This document shows, piece after piece, positions 11,031-22,212 of a stretch of DNA of 64,000 bases (the first letter of the stretch is position 1; each line of letters opens with the position of its first letter). Below the pieces are notes generated by a model. The model made no database searches, was not told the origin of the DNA, and saw only the letters and a list, made by a program, of their open reading frames with translations. The DNA lies in contig NIVC01003466.1 in the NCBI GenBank assembly GCA_002269645.1, forward strand, positions 1-64,000, in the 5' to 3' direction. The position numbers and the translations under genes were made by a program. The DNA is from Macrostomum lignano. Lineage: Eukaryota.

Positions 11031-11723
11031 ATAAAGGAAGCTTCAGCAGTCTCTTTCTCTGTTTCCGCAGAGCCGAAACGCTCCCATCAGACTTGGCACC
11101 GCAGCTCTGACAGGATCAATAAAAAGAATTGACAAAACCAGTGAGGCTGAGTTTTCAGCAGTCCACACCGATGGGAAAAGCACTTAAAGTTAAAACTTGA
11201 AGTTGCAGAGCGAAGTAGCAGCGAGTACGTGAAGCTGAGATTGCACAAAAGGCACTCACGAATGCTGGAGCAGTCGCATATCAGTCCAGAGCAGGTCAGG
11301 TTGCTGCCCTACTGGCTGCACAAATTTTGCTTCTCCTAATGGAGAGGCAGTCGTGAGCGCAGGTTTTGTGCCTTCCCCCTTCCCAATGAAATTTAAACAG
11401 CTTTGAACCAATCGGCTTTTAGCAGAAACCCAACGGTTTCACGATACGAGCTTTAGTGTATAATTTAGGCTAATTTATAATCCTACTATTAGTAGAAACA
11501 GAGGACTAAACTCGCAGGACATCTTGAATGAAAATTGAAAAGAAGACTTTTGGAAAAAAGCGATTTTAAAATCGACATGGAAAAGTTTGTCACAAGCAAC
11601 GAGACCGGAACTTACAATATTCAGTCAATACTACTTGCGCTTAGAGTGTCATAAAAGTAATATCTGTTGCGAATAAACTAATTTGCTTTAAAATGGGGTC
11701 CAATTTTTCACTACTTGAAGTAG

Positions 11724-13295
11724 TCACGGCAGATCGAAGGACCAAACGCAATTTGCGTCCGAATCGGCCACAAACAGTCGGACAAGGCCCTTCTTCGGAT
11801 ACTCGTACACGGACAGGCCAACCGGACGGCGCATGTCCGGTCGGGCCAGACGGTAGACGAGGTCGCCGTTGGCCGAGATAGCGTTCACGCAGCCGCCTGC
11901 GGAGTCTGTGGCGTACACCAGGCCGCGGCTGTCCACTGCGCAGGCTGAGGGAGCGCCCAGGCTGTAGCTGAAATTGCTGCTTCCGCCCTGGCTTCCGCCC
12001 TGGCTTCCGCCCTGGCTTCCGCCCTGGCTTCCGCCCTGGCTTCCGCCCTGGCTTCCGCCCTGGCTTCCGCCCTGGCTTCCGCCCTGGCTTCCGCCCTGGC
12101 TTCCACCCTGGCTTCCGCCCTGGCTTCCGCCCTGGCTTCCGCCCTGGCTTTCGCCGCCAGCAACCGGAGGGAAGACGGCGACAACTCGCTGGGTGAATTC
12201 GCACAGCTTGGCCAGGCAGGCCGGAGCCACCGAGCAGATGTACAGATGCGGCGGCTTCCTGGCCAGGCCGAACGCCGTCTCGCTGCCGTCCCAGCGCCGC
12301 CGGAACAGGTGGCTGACATCCGTCGGCTCCCAGCGGGCGCGCGTCGAAATGAGAAGCGCCGAGGCATCAACGCGACTGGCATCGTCGTCCAGGACCTCCT
12401 CGCCAGCGGCTTCGGCTGTCACCACGGCGAAAGCGAACAGCTCCTCGGGCTTGTCGCCGAAGCTCAGGCCGAAGGGCAGGCAGATTGCCCGGTCGGTGAG
12501 GCCGAAGTCTGCGCCAACCAGTCGCCGAATGACGCCGCCGGAGAGGTCCATCAGCAGCACCGACGAGCCGGCGCCGCCTCCGGTCGGCTTGACAACCGAC
12601 ACGGCAAGCAAACCGTCTGAGTTGCTGGCCTCCAGGCCGGCGATGAAGTCGCCAGCCTCCAGGCCCGCTGGGCGCAGCGGCACCGTCAGGCGAGTCGGCG
12701 GCGGCAATACCAGCGACAGCCGACAGACGGAGCCGCCCTCAGCGTGCGCCACGGCCAGGCAAGGAGGCGGCACCTCCAGCCAGCCGGCCTCCCCCGCCAG
12801 CTCCGCCTCGTCGCCGTTCACCAGTCGGAGGCGCGGCTGATCGGCGACGTCCCGGACTCGAATCCGAAGGTGGCAAGTCCGGGCGCAGGCGGCCACCAGG
12901 CTGGGCGCGAGGATGCCCGGCGCGGCGATGGCCGTCGCTCGCTGCGCCGGCACGGCGGCATCCAGCCGGCCAACGCGCGGCGGCGGCGTGGCATCGGCGA
13001 GGCGGAGCCGCGGCAGCAGGGTGCCCAGCCGGTGCCGCAGGTTGCCAAGGTAGCCAATGACGTCGCTCTGATCGGCAAAGTTGCAGCAGCGGCTGTCAGC
13101 ATCGGCCTGCAGCTGGGATTCAACAGTCAGACGCTGCTCGGCGAGGTCCTTCAGCAGTCGGTCCCGGTGCTGCGTCAGCAGCTCGTGCAGCCGGTTGAAC
13201 TCGGCGTCCAGCTCGACCGCCTGCCAGTCGAAGAGGTCGAGACGCCGACGCAGCTGCTCAGCTGAGAGGCGGTCGCGGTTCGGAGTTCGACTCAT
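11724..13295 (-). CDS. Coiled-coil plus NHL/beta-propeller protein (TRIM-NHL C-terminal-like, no RING/B-box), 523 aa
   Basis: Long GC-rich ORF, first ATG at 13295. Heptad-rich N-terminus (ELDAEFNRLHELLTQHRDRLLKDLAEQR). NHL-like blades PSACAVDSRGLVYATDS and PVGLSVYE...LFVADSDANCV. Confidence 0.78.
   Translation of the reverse strand: MSRTPNRDRLSAEQLRRRLDLFDWQAVELDAEFNRLHELLTQHRDRLLKDLAEQRLTVESQLQADADSRCCNFADQSDVIGYLGNLRHRLGTLLPRLRLADATPPPRVGRLDAAVPAQRATAIAAPGILAPSLVAACARTCHLRIRVRDVADQPRLRLVNGDEAELAGEAGWLEVPPPCLAVAHAEGGSVCRLSLVLPPPTRLTVPLRPAGLEAGDFIAGLEASNSDGLLAVSVVKPTGGGAGSSVLLMDLSGGVIRRLVGADFGLTDRAICLPFGLSFGDKPEELFAFAVVTAEAAGEEVLDDDASRVDASALLISTRARWEPTDVSHLFRRRWDGSETAFGLARKPPHLYICSVAPACLAKLCEFTQRVVAVFPPVAGGESQGGSQGGSQGGSQGGSQGGSQGGSQGGSQGGSQGGSQGGSQGGSQGGSQGGSQGGSSNFSYSLGAPSACAVDSRGLVYATDSAGGCVNAISANGDLVYRLARPDMRRPVGLSVYEYPKKGLVRLFVADSDANCVWSFDLP
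11982..12149 (-). repeat. In-frame 12-bp coding repeat (GGSQ)13
   Basis: 13 GGSQ units flanked by GESQ and GGSS, inside the NHL ORF. Confidence 0.9.
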
Positions 13296-13616
13296 TGCTG
13301 CACCGGCTGAGGGTCTCAGAAGGCTGCTGTCTGCTCCGCTCTGGTCTCCGTGTGTTCCGCGCGGAGTGCGCTGGGGCAGCGTGGGCAGAGGAAGAGAGCG
13401 GGGCAGAGGGACGGTTCCGGGAGGAAGGGCAGGGGAAGGGACTGAGTGCACTCTGGGTAAGGGTTTCCCTAGTGATCGATTCAAATGTGCACTCAGTGCT
13501 GACTCAACTCTTTCCCGTTTGTCTATAGTCAGATAACTCAAAGTTAATCTCCATACGTACTGTACAGACACAGCGTGCACTGCACACAGATAAACCTTTT
13601 CAGCGTTCCCAGATCG

Positions 13617-14197
<581 letters not shown>

Positions 14198-14507
14198 AGT
14201 AAATTTTTAAGTTTCAAGCAAAATATGTCCAGAAAAAAGGCATTGCAATCAGCTACCTCCCTAGAAGCAGCTCAGTAGCCAGATTCGGCTGCGTTGCACC
14301 AAACAGTTGCAATGCTGCGCTGTTAACTGTCTGGCTCGGGTCAGCTCGGGCGCACTGGCAGCCCAACCCTTTCGCGCCTGCCAGGTGTAACCCGAAGCGA
14401 TAAAGGGACTTTTAGTAATGCGGAGAGAGTGAGAGAGTCAGAGCTATGAGGGGGAGGCAGAAAGAGAAAAAGCAAGCAGTTTAAACTCTGCGCAGGCGCT
14501 CGCTTGG

Positions 14508-14521
14508 GTTGCCATGGCAAC
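14508..14521. promoter_or_regulatory. Perfect palindromic RFX X-box GTTGCCATGGCAAC
   Basis: Matches the RFX/DAF-19 consensus GTTNCCATGGNAAC, about 154 bp upstream of the Tctex1-domain ATG. An NRF1-like TGCGCAGGCGC sits at 14489-14499. Confidence 0.8.
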
Positions 14522-14674
14522 AGCTCGAATCAGCTAGCAATAATAGCTATAAGATTGCTTGATACATAAGCGAAGCATGCTCAAGTCTGCCTCGACTGCT
14601 AAGCAGGAGAAAGGAGAGAGAGGTGAGGCAGCAAGGTGAGAAGGAGAACCTCAATCGATCGAAACCGAAACCCG

Positions 14675-16470
14675 ATGCAGCAGCAGAACTCGGCGCTGGC
14701 GCCAATCTCTGAGGGTGCCGCTAGGGCGCCACAGCCGCCGCCTGTCAATGAGCAACAGCGGCAGCTGCTGCAGCCGAGACGGAGTCTCCGGTATCCAACC
14801 TCGGTGACAACGCCGCTGTCGGAGCAACCCAGACGGCTCACCTTGATGCCGGCGCCCACCAGTGACAAGCCGACGACCGACGGTCACGTGGTGCCGAAAC
14901 AGCGACGACAGTCTCGACGTCGGCCAAGCTCGATTCGCTCGTCGGAGCGAAGCCAGGGCCGTCCGTCGGCTGGAGTGCTGGCTGGCCTGGTGGAGAACAC
15001 CTACCGGATGGGCCCGGCTCAGCCGTTTATTGTTGACGCTGCCGAGGCGCTGATTAAAGAGCGACTGGAGACAAATTTGAAGCGCTACAGCTACAATGCC
15101 CAGTCTGCCAAGGTGCGGTCCGCCTGCTGAGATCATGGGGTGATTCTCGTGTGTGGTTAATAGTGATTCTCGTGTGGTTAATAGTGATTCTCGTGTGGTT
15201 AATAGTGATTCTCGTGTAGTTAATAGTGATTCTCGTGTGGTTAATAGTGATTCTCATGTGGTTAATAGTGATTCTCGTGTAGTTAATAGTGATTCTCATG
15301 TGGTTAATAGTGATTCTCGTGTAGTTAATAGTGATTCTCGTGTGGTTAATAGTGATTCTCATGTGGTTAATAGTGATTCTCGTGTAGTTAATAGTGATTC
15401 TCATGTGGTTAATAGTGATTCTCGTGTGGTTAATAGTGATTCTCATGTGGTTAATAGTGATTCTCATGTGGTTAATAGTGATTCTCATGTGGTTAATAGT
15501 GATTCTCGTGTAGTTAATAGTGATTCTCATGTGGTTAATAGTGATTCTCATGTGGTTAATAGTGATTCTCATGTGGTTAATAGTGATTCTCATGTGGTTA
15601 ATAGTGATTCCCGTGTAGTTAATAGTGATTCTCATGTGGTTAATAGTGATTCTCATGTGGTTAATAGGGATTCTCATGTGGTTAATAGTGATTCCCGTGT
15701 AGTTAATAGTGATTCTCATGTGGTTAATAGTGATTCTCATGTGGTTAATAGTGATTCTCATGTGGTTAATAGTGATTCCCGTGTAGTTAATAGTGATTCT
15801 CATGTGGTTAATAGTGATTCTCGTGTGGTTAATAGGGATTCTCATGATGGCTAATAGTGATTCACGTGATTATTTATAGTGATTCTCATGATGGTTTTTT
15901 AGGTGATCCTTATTGTGGCTAATTGTGATTCTCATAATGGCTAGTTGTGGTTCTCTGGATGGCTGATTGTGATTCTCTCATGATGATTAATTGTAAATAT
16001 CACGATGACGGTTATGGTGATTCTCATGCTGGTTTATAGTTCTCGTAAAGGTTTCCCTCTTCTCACAGAAAGACATGAATGATCCGTATGGCTCAGTCCT
16101 AGTGATTCCGGAGAGTCATCCAAGATTTGTGCATGATTCTAAAAGCACAAACCCCATTCTTTCCGAAATAACTGTACACGTGCATGGCGATTCTGTCAGC
16201 CTGCATCCGCTCTCGCATTTCAAGGTGATGTCGACCAACATGGCTCAGGAGATAAAAAACAAGATCAAACAGCAGCTGCTTCGGCAGGGCCCGAACTCCC
16301 GGTACAAGCTGGTGGTGCTGGTCACGGTGACCGATGTGAACAGGCCAGCAGGGGAGTTCGCCTCCCGGATGCTCTGCCAGGCAGCCACAGGAGACGCCTG
16401 CGCCAAAGCCGAATTTCGCGGCAACAGGGCGGCCGCGTGGGCTGCGGTGTTCGCCCTCTACTGCGAGTAG
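14675..16470 (+). CDS. Tctex1-domain dynein light chain (TCTEX1D/TCTE3-like), 227 aa
   Basis: Exons 14675-15112 and 16225-16470 (AAG|GTGCGG donor, TTTCAAG acceptor, phase 0). Tctex-1 motifs ENTYRMGP, RYKLVVLVTV and WAAVFALYCE; Arg/Ser/Pro-rich N-terminal extension. Confidence 0.88.
15150..15850. repeat. 21-bp minisatellite (GTGGTTAATAGTGATTCTCAT) in the Tctex intron
   Basis: About 33 units; source of the VVNSDSH/INHMRIT ORFs. Confidence 0.95.
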
Positions 16471-16860
16471 GCAGTAGCAAAAATTACCGTCATTTTTTGT
16501 GATGGAACTTCAAATTCTATCCGAATAATTTGTGTCAGAGTTAAAGATTTTGTTCATTCATAATTAACTAATGAGGGAATTATGCATTCTCAATCAAACA
16601 AACTTGTAACTAACTATATGATTATTTTGGCTCGCAAACAATCGACAATGGCAAAAATTAATATGTGCAACTGGAACTGTTACAGGTGTTTTCGCTGCAA
16701 TAGGCATTGCCAGTGTTTTATAACAAAGATTTTAACTGTTTCTATTTTTCTGCATCGAAATTGAACTTGATGAATTCTAGTGAATAGTAGGGCATGAGCA
16801 GTGAATGAGGCATATTGTAAAAGCAATCGTGCGACTGTATTGACACTTATGTCACTCATT

Positions 16861-17364
16861 CATGGACTCCTCAAGTAGAAGGACGAGAAACTACGTTTCT
16901 TGCAAAATTTTTAGGTGGCTTGATAGAAGGGAGATCCAAGGTTCATATTTTGATACGTTTTGCCGTTCCTATAGACATATTCTTGGCTTAACGACTCTGT
17001 AAAACATGTGCAACAGAATGATAAAATAGTTTCATAAAACCAACGAGTCGATTTGCGCCATTTTTATTATTTTTTCGGCACAGTACAATGCGTACCGTTA
17101 CGACTGTGCGTAGGATATAAAATTAACACAGAACCCTAACTTTCTAAACGAAAAGCTTTATGAATATCAATAGAGCTACATGTATAGGAAAGGCAAGACA
17201 TCAAAAGATGAACTTTGTGTCTGCCTCCTATCAGAGGCAATAACAATTTTTGTGCTGAAAAATGAGTCCTCCTATCTCCGTAATGTATTATTTCGGTAAA
17301 AACTGCCTCCGAAAATTTTCCAAGAAACGTACTTTCGGCCGTCCTTCTACCTGAGTAGTCCATG
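16861..17364. mobile_element. MITE-like element with about 53-bp imperfect terminal inverted repeats
   Basis: Left CATGGACTCCTCAAGTAGAAGGACG-AGAAACTACGTTTCTTGCAAAATTT versus reverse complement of right CATGGACTACTCAGGTAGAAGGACGGCCGAAAGTACGTTTCTTGGAAAATTT. AT-rich non-coding interior; no clean TSD. Confidence 0.7.
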
Positions 17365-17378
17365 ATGTCATTATGAAA

Positions 17379-17963
17379 CTACACACTGCTCCGACGTTCC
17401 AACCAACTCTGAGGACAAGCAGTGCCAGTCATCTTAGCATCTCTCTCCGCCGCCGCTGTCCGGTCCAAGCGACGAAGAGCATCGCCCAGGCTGCACATGG
17501 CCAGACAGGCAGCTGATCCGTACGCAGCCAGGCTAATGCAGAATCCGCCTGCAGCGGCTGCGGCTGCGGACAAGAACGGCGTCTCCGCTGGCCACTGGAG
17601 CAGCGCAAAGTTGTACACCGCCTGAGCTGCAATGCACGGCAGCGCGCACGCGTTTAACAGCGCCGTTCTCAGCGCCAACCTGAAGGCAACGGCGCTCCGC
17701 TGGTTTTCAGAAACCGCCAGCTGCAGTAGACGGGCAAGAGCGACCGAAGCGGCGCCGGCTGCCGCGTTGACGCCGGCAAAACCGAAGCCCAGAAGGCGAA
17801 GTGCCAAATCCTGACGTCTGGCGACGCCGCCAGTGGAAAGCGCCGACCGCGATAGCGACAGAAACATCGGTGGCACAGCGGCTAGAAGGCAGACAATGGC
17901 CAGCGACAGTTGAACTGTGGCTGCAAATTTTCTGCGGCAGCAGCAGGAGCAGCAGCTGTGCAT
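17379..17963 (-). CDS. Putative four-transmembrane protein (CD20/MS4A-like topology), 194 aa
   Basis: GC-rich non-repetitive ORF with four hydrophobic segments and an N-terminal CCSCCC cluster; no family recognised. Confidence 0.55.
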   Translation of the reverse strand: MHSCCSCCCRRKFAATVQLSLAIVCLLAAVPPMFLSLSRSALSTGGVARRQDLALRLLGFGFAGVNAAAGAASVALARLLQLAVSENQRSAVAFRLALRTALLNACALPCIAAQAVYNFALLQWPAETPFLSAAAAAAGGFCISLAAYGSAACLAMCSLGDALRRLDRTAAAERDAKMTGTACPQSWLERRSSV

Positions 17964-19109
17964 TGCGCCGTTATAAATCCTTTGAATCCGGCCTCTTCTA
18001 GAACAGCGCTATCAAAACTGATGAGGGACCAGCTTCATATAGCTTCTGTCAAAGCTTGCCGCTGGAGCTCTCTACTTCCTTTTATCTCTGACAGAGGTTA
18101 AGCCAAGGAGACCTTGACCGACAGCCTGGTATTAGTTAACAGCCAGATCCTCAATTTCACACTGCACTTTTCACCAATCAGTCAGTTTACACACAAGACA
18201 ACAACGAGGCATCACCTAGGCGACTTTTCTGCTAAAGGGAACGTTAGCTTAAACACCGGAATGGGATCGAGGCCGAAATAAATGAAAATTCCGAATGCAA
18301 TTGGTGCAACTTGCCACACCTGTTGACTGGGAATGTCAACTACGTAGAAGATAATGCATGACATTTAGGGTTGCATTTGTAAGATAATACAACCCGTAAA
18401 AAGGCATGCGTTATCTCACTCTAAATTCCTTTTTTCTGGGATTTAACCTAATTAATCCGGAACATGTGACATTTGTCTATGGCACTGCATTGCGGGGTCA
18501 AGGGGGCGCTTTTCTTATGCTTGAGTTTCGTCCGGAAATTATTCGTGGAGGACGTATAAATCCCGTAAAATGATTAATTACATCTTCGACTTTTCGTCTA
18601 TGGTAAAATAACAGCTCGAAAATTTGACTGAAAGGGATTTAACTGGCTTTACCGCCCGGCCTCCAGCTCATTGGTAAGAAAAGCGAGCGAGAAGCTTTAT
18701 ACCAGCTCGTACTTGGGTCTCCATCTCGGCACTCGAGTCTAAGTGACAGCTGAAGAGCTGATTTCGATAGAACTTCTTCTGTAGGACACGAAAGCACATA
18801 AAACAGAAGTTTCATTGCCCAGCTCAGTTAAACAGCACCACAGAATACTCCAGACCCTAGTCGATGGTCTCCTTGGCTAAGCCCGGCTAGACAGAACAGG
18901 AAAAGAGGGAAGCGCAAATCAGCTTTCAACAGGTTTACCTCGCGCTAATGGACCGTTTGCTTTGGTGACAGGTGACATGCTTTCTGACAAGCTTATGTAA
19001 TGCAAGGCATTTCAGTTGCTGACCAAAATTGATTTCATCACTTTCAAAAGACCATTCGCATTTATTTTTTACTCGTATTTACTACTTACTAAGTAGCCGG
19101 GGCTACTAG

Positions 19110-19890
19110 AAGCGCCATGTCAGACTGAAAGAAGCGCCATTTCAGACATGAAAGAAGCGCCATGTCAGACATGAATGAAGCGCCATGTCAGACATGAAAG
19201 AAGCGCCATGTCAGACATGAAAGAAGCGCTATGTCAGACATGAAAGAAGCGCCATGTCAGACATAAAAGAAGCGCCATATCAGACATGAAAGAAGCGCCA
19301 TGTCAGACATGAAAGAAGCGCCATGTCAGACATGAAAGAAGCGCCATGTCAGACATGAAAGAAGCGCCATGTCAGACATGAAAGAAGCGCCATGTCAGAC
19401 ATAAAGGAAGCGCCATGTCAGACATGAAAGAAGCGCCATGTCAGACATGAAAGAAGCGCCATGTCAGACATGAAAGAAGCGCCATGTCAGACATGAAAGA
19501 AGCGCCATGTCAGACATAAAAGAAGCGCCATGTCAGACATGAAAGAAGCGCCATGTCAGACATAAAAGAAACGCCATGTCAGACTGAAAGAAGCGCCATG
19601 TCAGACATGAAAGAAGCGCCATGTCAGACATGAAAGAAGCGCCATGTCAGACATGAAAGAAGCGCCATGTCAGACATGAAAGAAGCGCCATGTCAGACAT
19701 GAAAGAAGCGCCATGTCATACTGAAAGAAGCGCCATGTCAGACATGAAAGAAGCGCCATGTCAGACATGAAAGAAGCGCCATGTCAGACATGAAAGAAGC
19801 GTCATGTCAGACATGAAAGAAGCGCCATGTCAGACATGAAAGAAGCGCCATGTCAGACATAAAAGAAGCGCCATGTCAGACATGAAAGAC
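19110..19890. repeat. 23-bp minisatellite (GAAGCGCCATGTCAGACATGAAA)
   Basis: About 34 units. Confidence 0.95.
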
Positions 19891-20924
19891 GTGCATGTCA
19901 AGCATGAAAAAGCGGCATTTCAAAAATGAAAGAAGCGTCATGTCGAACATAAAAGATTATTTGGGGAATTTGCTAAAAAGTCAATGCTGAGAGGTTAAAA
20001 CCTACATTTAGTTTATTCAGAAATTTTTATTGCATTTCTTTGTTGGCTCCCTAACGGTGGGAGTTGATTGATAGTTTAACACTAAACATTTTATCCACCC
20101 ACACGGTTTCCCACCAAACCATCCAATCTAGGGTAATAAATGATCCCAAGAACTAAGACACAAAGCGGACAAATTTAGATATAATTAACGATTTTTCAGG
20201 TAAACTTTCAAAACACGAAATGACGCGCGCTGGAAATGTGTATAATTAAAAAAATTAAACAGTAGACAGTCACAATGAGCGAAAGTAAAGTGCAAAATTA
20301 TTTCTAAACAAATGGCATACAGCACTACGAATTCATTAATTAACATGGAAAAGATTTGAGAAAATCTGGGGTGTAAATTGAAATGTACAGCTTGTACTTG
20401 AATAGAAGTGTGTATATATAGAAGCAAGCTTATGCTAATAAAAGTCTATTTAAATAAGTGCTTGCAGCAAAACAACTTGGTCGCTAAGGCTATTGTCATG
20501 ATTGGAGAGTCGATAAAAAATCAAGCAAATTAACAAAAAAGGTGGAGACAAGCTGCTAAATATTTTTTATAAAGCAGTTACCTTCTGCCAATAGTTAACT
20601 TGAATCAAATTTTTCAGTATACATTTACTACTAGTAGTAAGAAACATTGCAATTCGAATTTAAATAGTATTTTAAAATATACAATGAAATTGCATATAAA
20701 ACTGCATCGACAATGAAAAACTAAGGAAATCAAAATCAAACTTGACAAAAAACAATTAGAAACCCAAGAATTAAAGCTTAAGTAAAGCATTTTTAGTTAA
20801 AACACAAATTCCTTGAATAAAAAACTAGTCAATCAAATCTTTGATCTGGTGCTTGGCTTGCGTTTTAAATTAACTAAAACTGATTTTACGTTTGATCAAG
20901 ACTAACTGTGATGCATTATACAGA

Positions 20925-21850
20925 AAGCAAACCAAAAACACCGGAAAGAAACCAGAAACACACTGGAAGCAAACCAGAAACACACCGGAAGCAAACCAGT
21001 AACACACCGGAAGCAAACCAGAAGCACACCGGAAGCGAACTAGAAGCACACCGGAAGCAAACCAGAAGCACACCGGAAGCGAACCAGAAACACACCGGAA
21101 GCAAGCCAGAAACACACCGGAAGCAAACCAGAAACACACCGGAAGCAAACCAGAAGCACACCAGAAGCACACCGGAAGCGAACCAGAAGCACACCGGAAG
21201 CGAACCAGAAACACACCGGAAGCAAGCCAGAAACACACCGGAAGCAAACCAGAAACACACCGGAAGCAAACCAGAAGCACACCAGAAGCGAACCAGAAGC
21301 ACACCGGAAGCGAACCAGAAACACACCGGAAGCAAGCCAGAAACACGCCGGAAGCAAACTAGAAACACACCGGAAGCAAACCAGAAGCACACCAGAAGCA
21401 AACCAGAAGCACACCGGAAGCGAACCAGAAGCACACCGGAAGCAAGCCAGAAACACACCGGAAGCAAACCAGAAACACACCGGAAGCAAACCAGTAACAC
21501 GCCGGAAGCAAACTAGAAACACACCGGAAGCAAACCAGAAGCACACCGGAAGCGAACCAGAAGCACACCGGAAGCAAGCCAGAAACACACCGGAAGCAAA
21601 CCAGAAACACACCGGAAGCAAACCAGTAACACGCCGGAAGCAAACTAGAAACACACCGGAAGCAAACCAGAAGCACACCAGAAGCAAACCATTAGCACAC
21701 CGGAAGCGAACCAGAAGCACACCGGAAGCAAGCCAGAAACACACTGGAAGCAAACCAGTAACACACTGGAAGCAAACCAGAAGCACACTAGATTAGAAGC
21801 AAACCAGAAACACACCGGAAGCAAACCAGAAGCACACTGGAAGCAAACCA
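20925..21850. repeat. 22-bp minisatellite (GGAAGCAAACCAGAAACACACC)
   Basis: About 42 units with patterned variants. Confidence 0.95.
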
Positions 21851-22212
21851 GAAAGATAATATGAAGCAAACCAGATAAAAAACGGTGGGGGTAACAGAAT
21901 TAAAAACATTTCACCATACCAGACTTGCATGGTTGACCCCAAAGCCAAGCTCACTATTGTAGAAATTGCAATTTATAGACAAGTAAAATAATTAGCCTAA
22001 AGTACATAAGAAAACTTAAGAAAACACAAATAATGTCAGTTATACGCCAATGTACAGCATAATCAATATAATGAATAGAAAAATACTGTCAAAAAATTGG
22101 TTGATCAGACTTGACATTACAGCCGAGAGCAGTGCCTGCATACATTATTATAACCTGTTCACACGGCATGATAAATGAGGGTCCTTTCCGAAAAAAAACT
22201 TACTAAAGCAGT

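Noticed and set aside
8800-11400. Search for the first GABA-R coding exon
   Set aside because: No ATG-initiated exon ending in a phase-2 GT donor was found by eye; left unassigned.
13296-13580. N-terminal 95 codons of the 618-aa NHL ORF
   Set aside because: It starts at GTG and spans a pyrimidine tract and acceptor; likely intron/outron and UTR.
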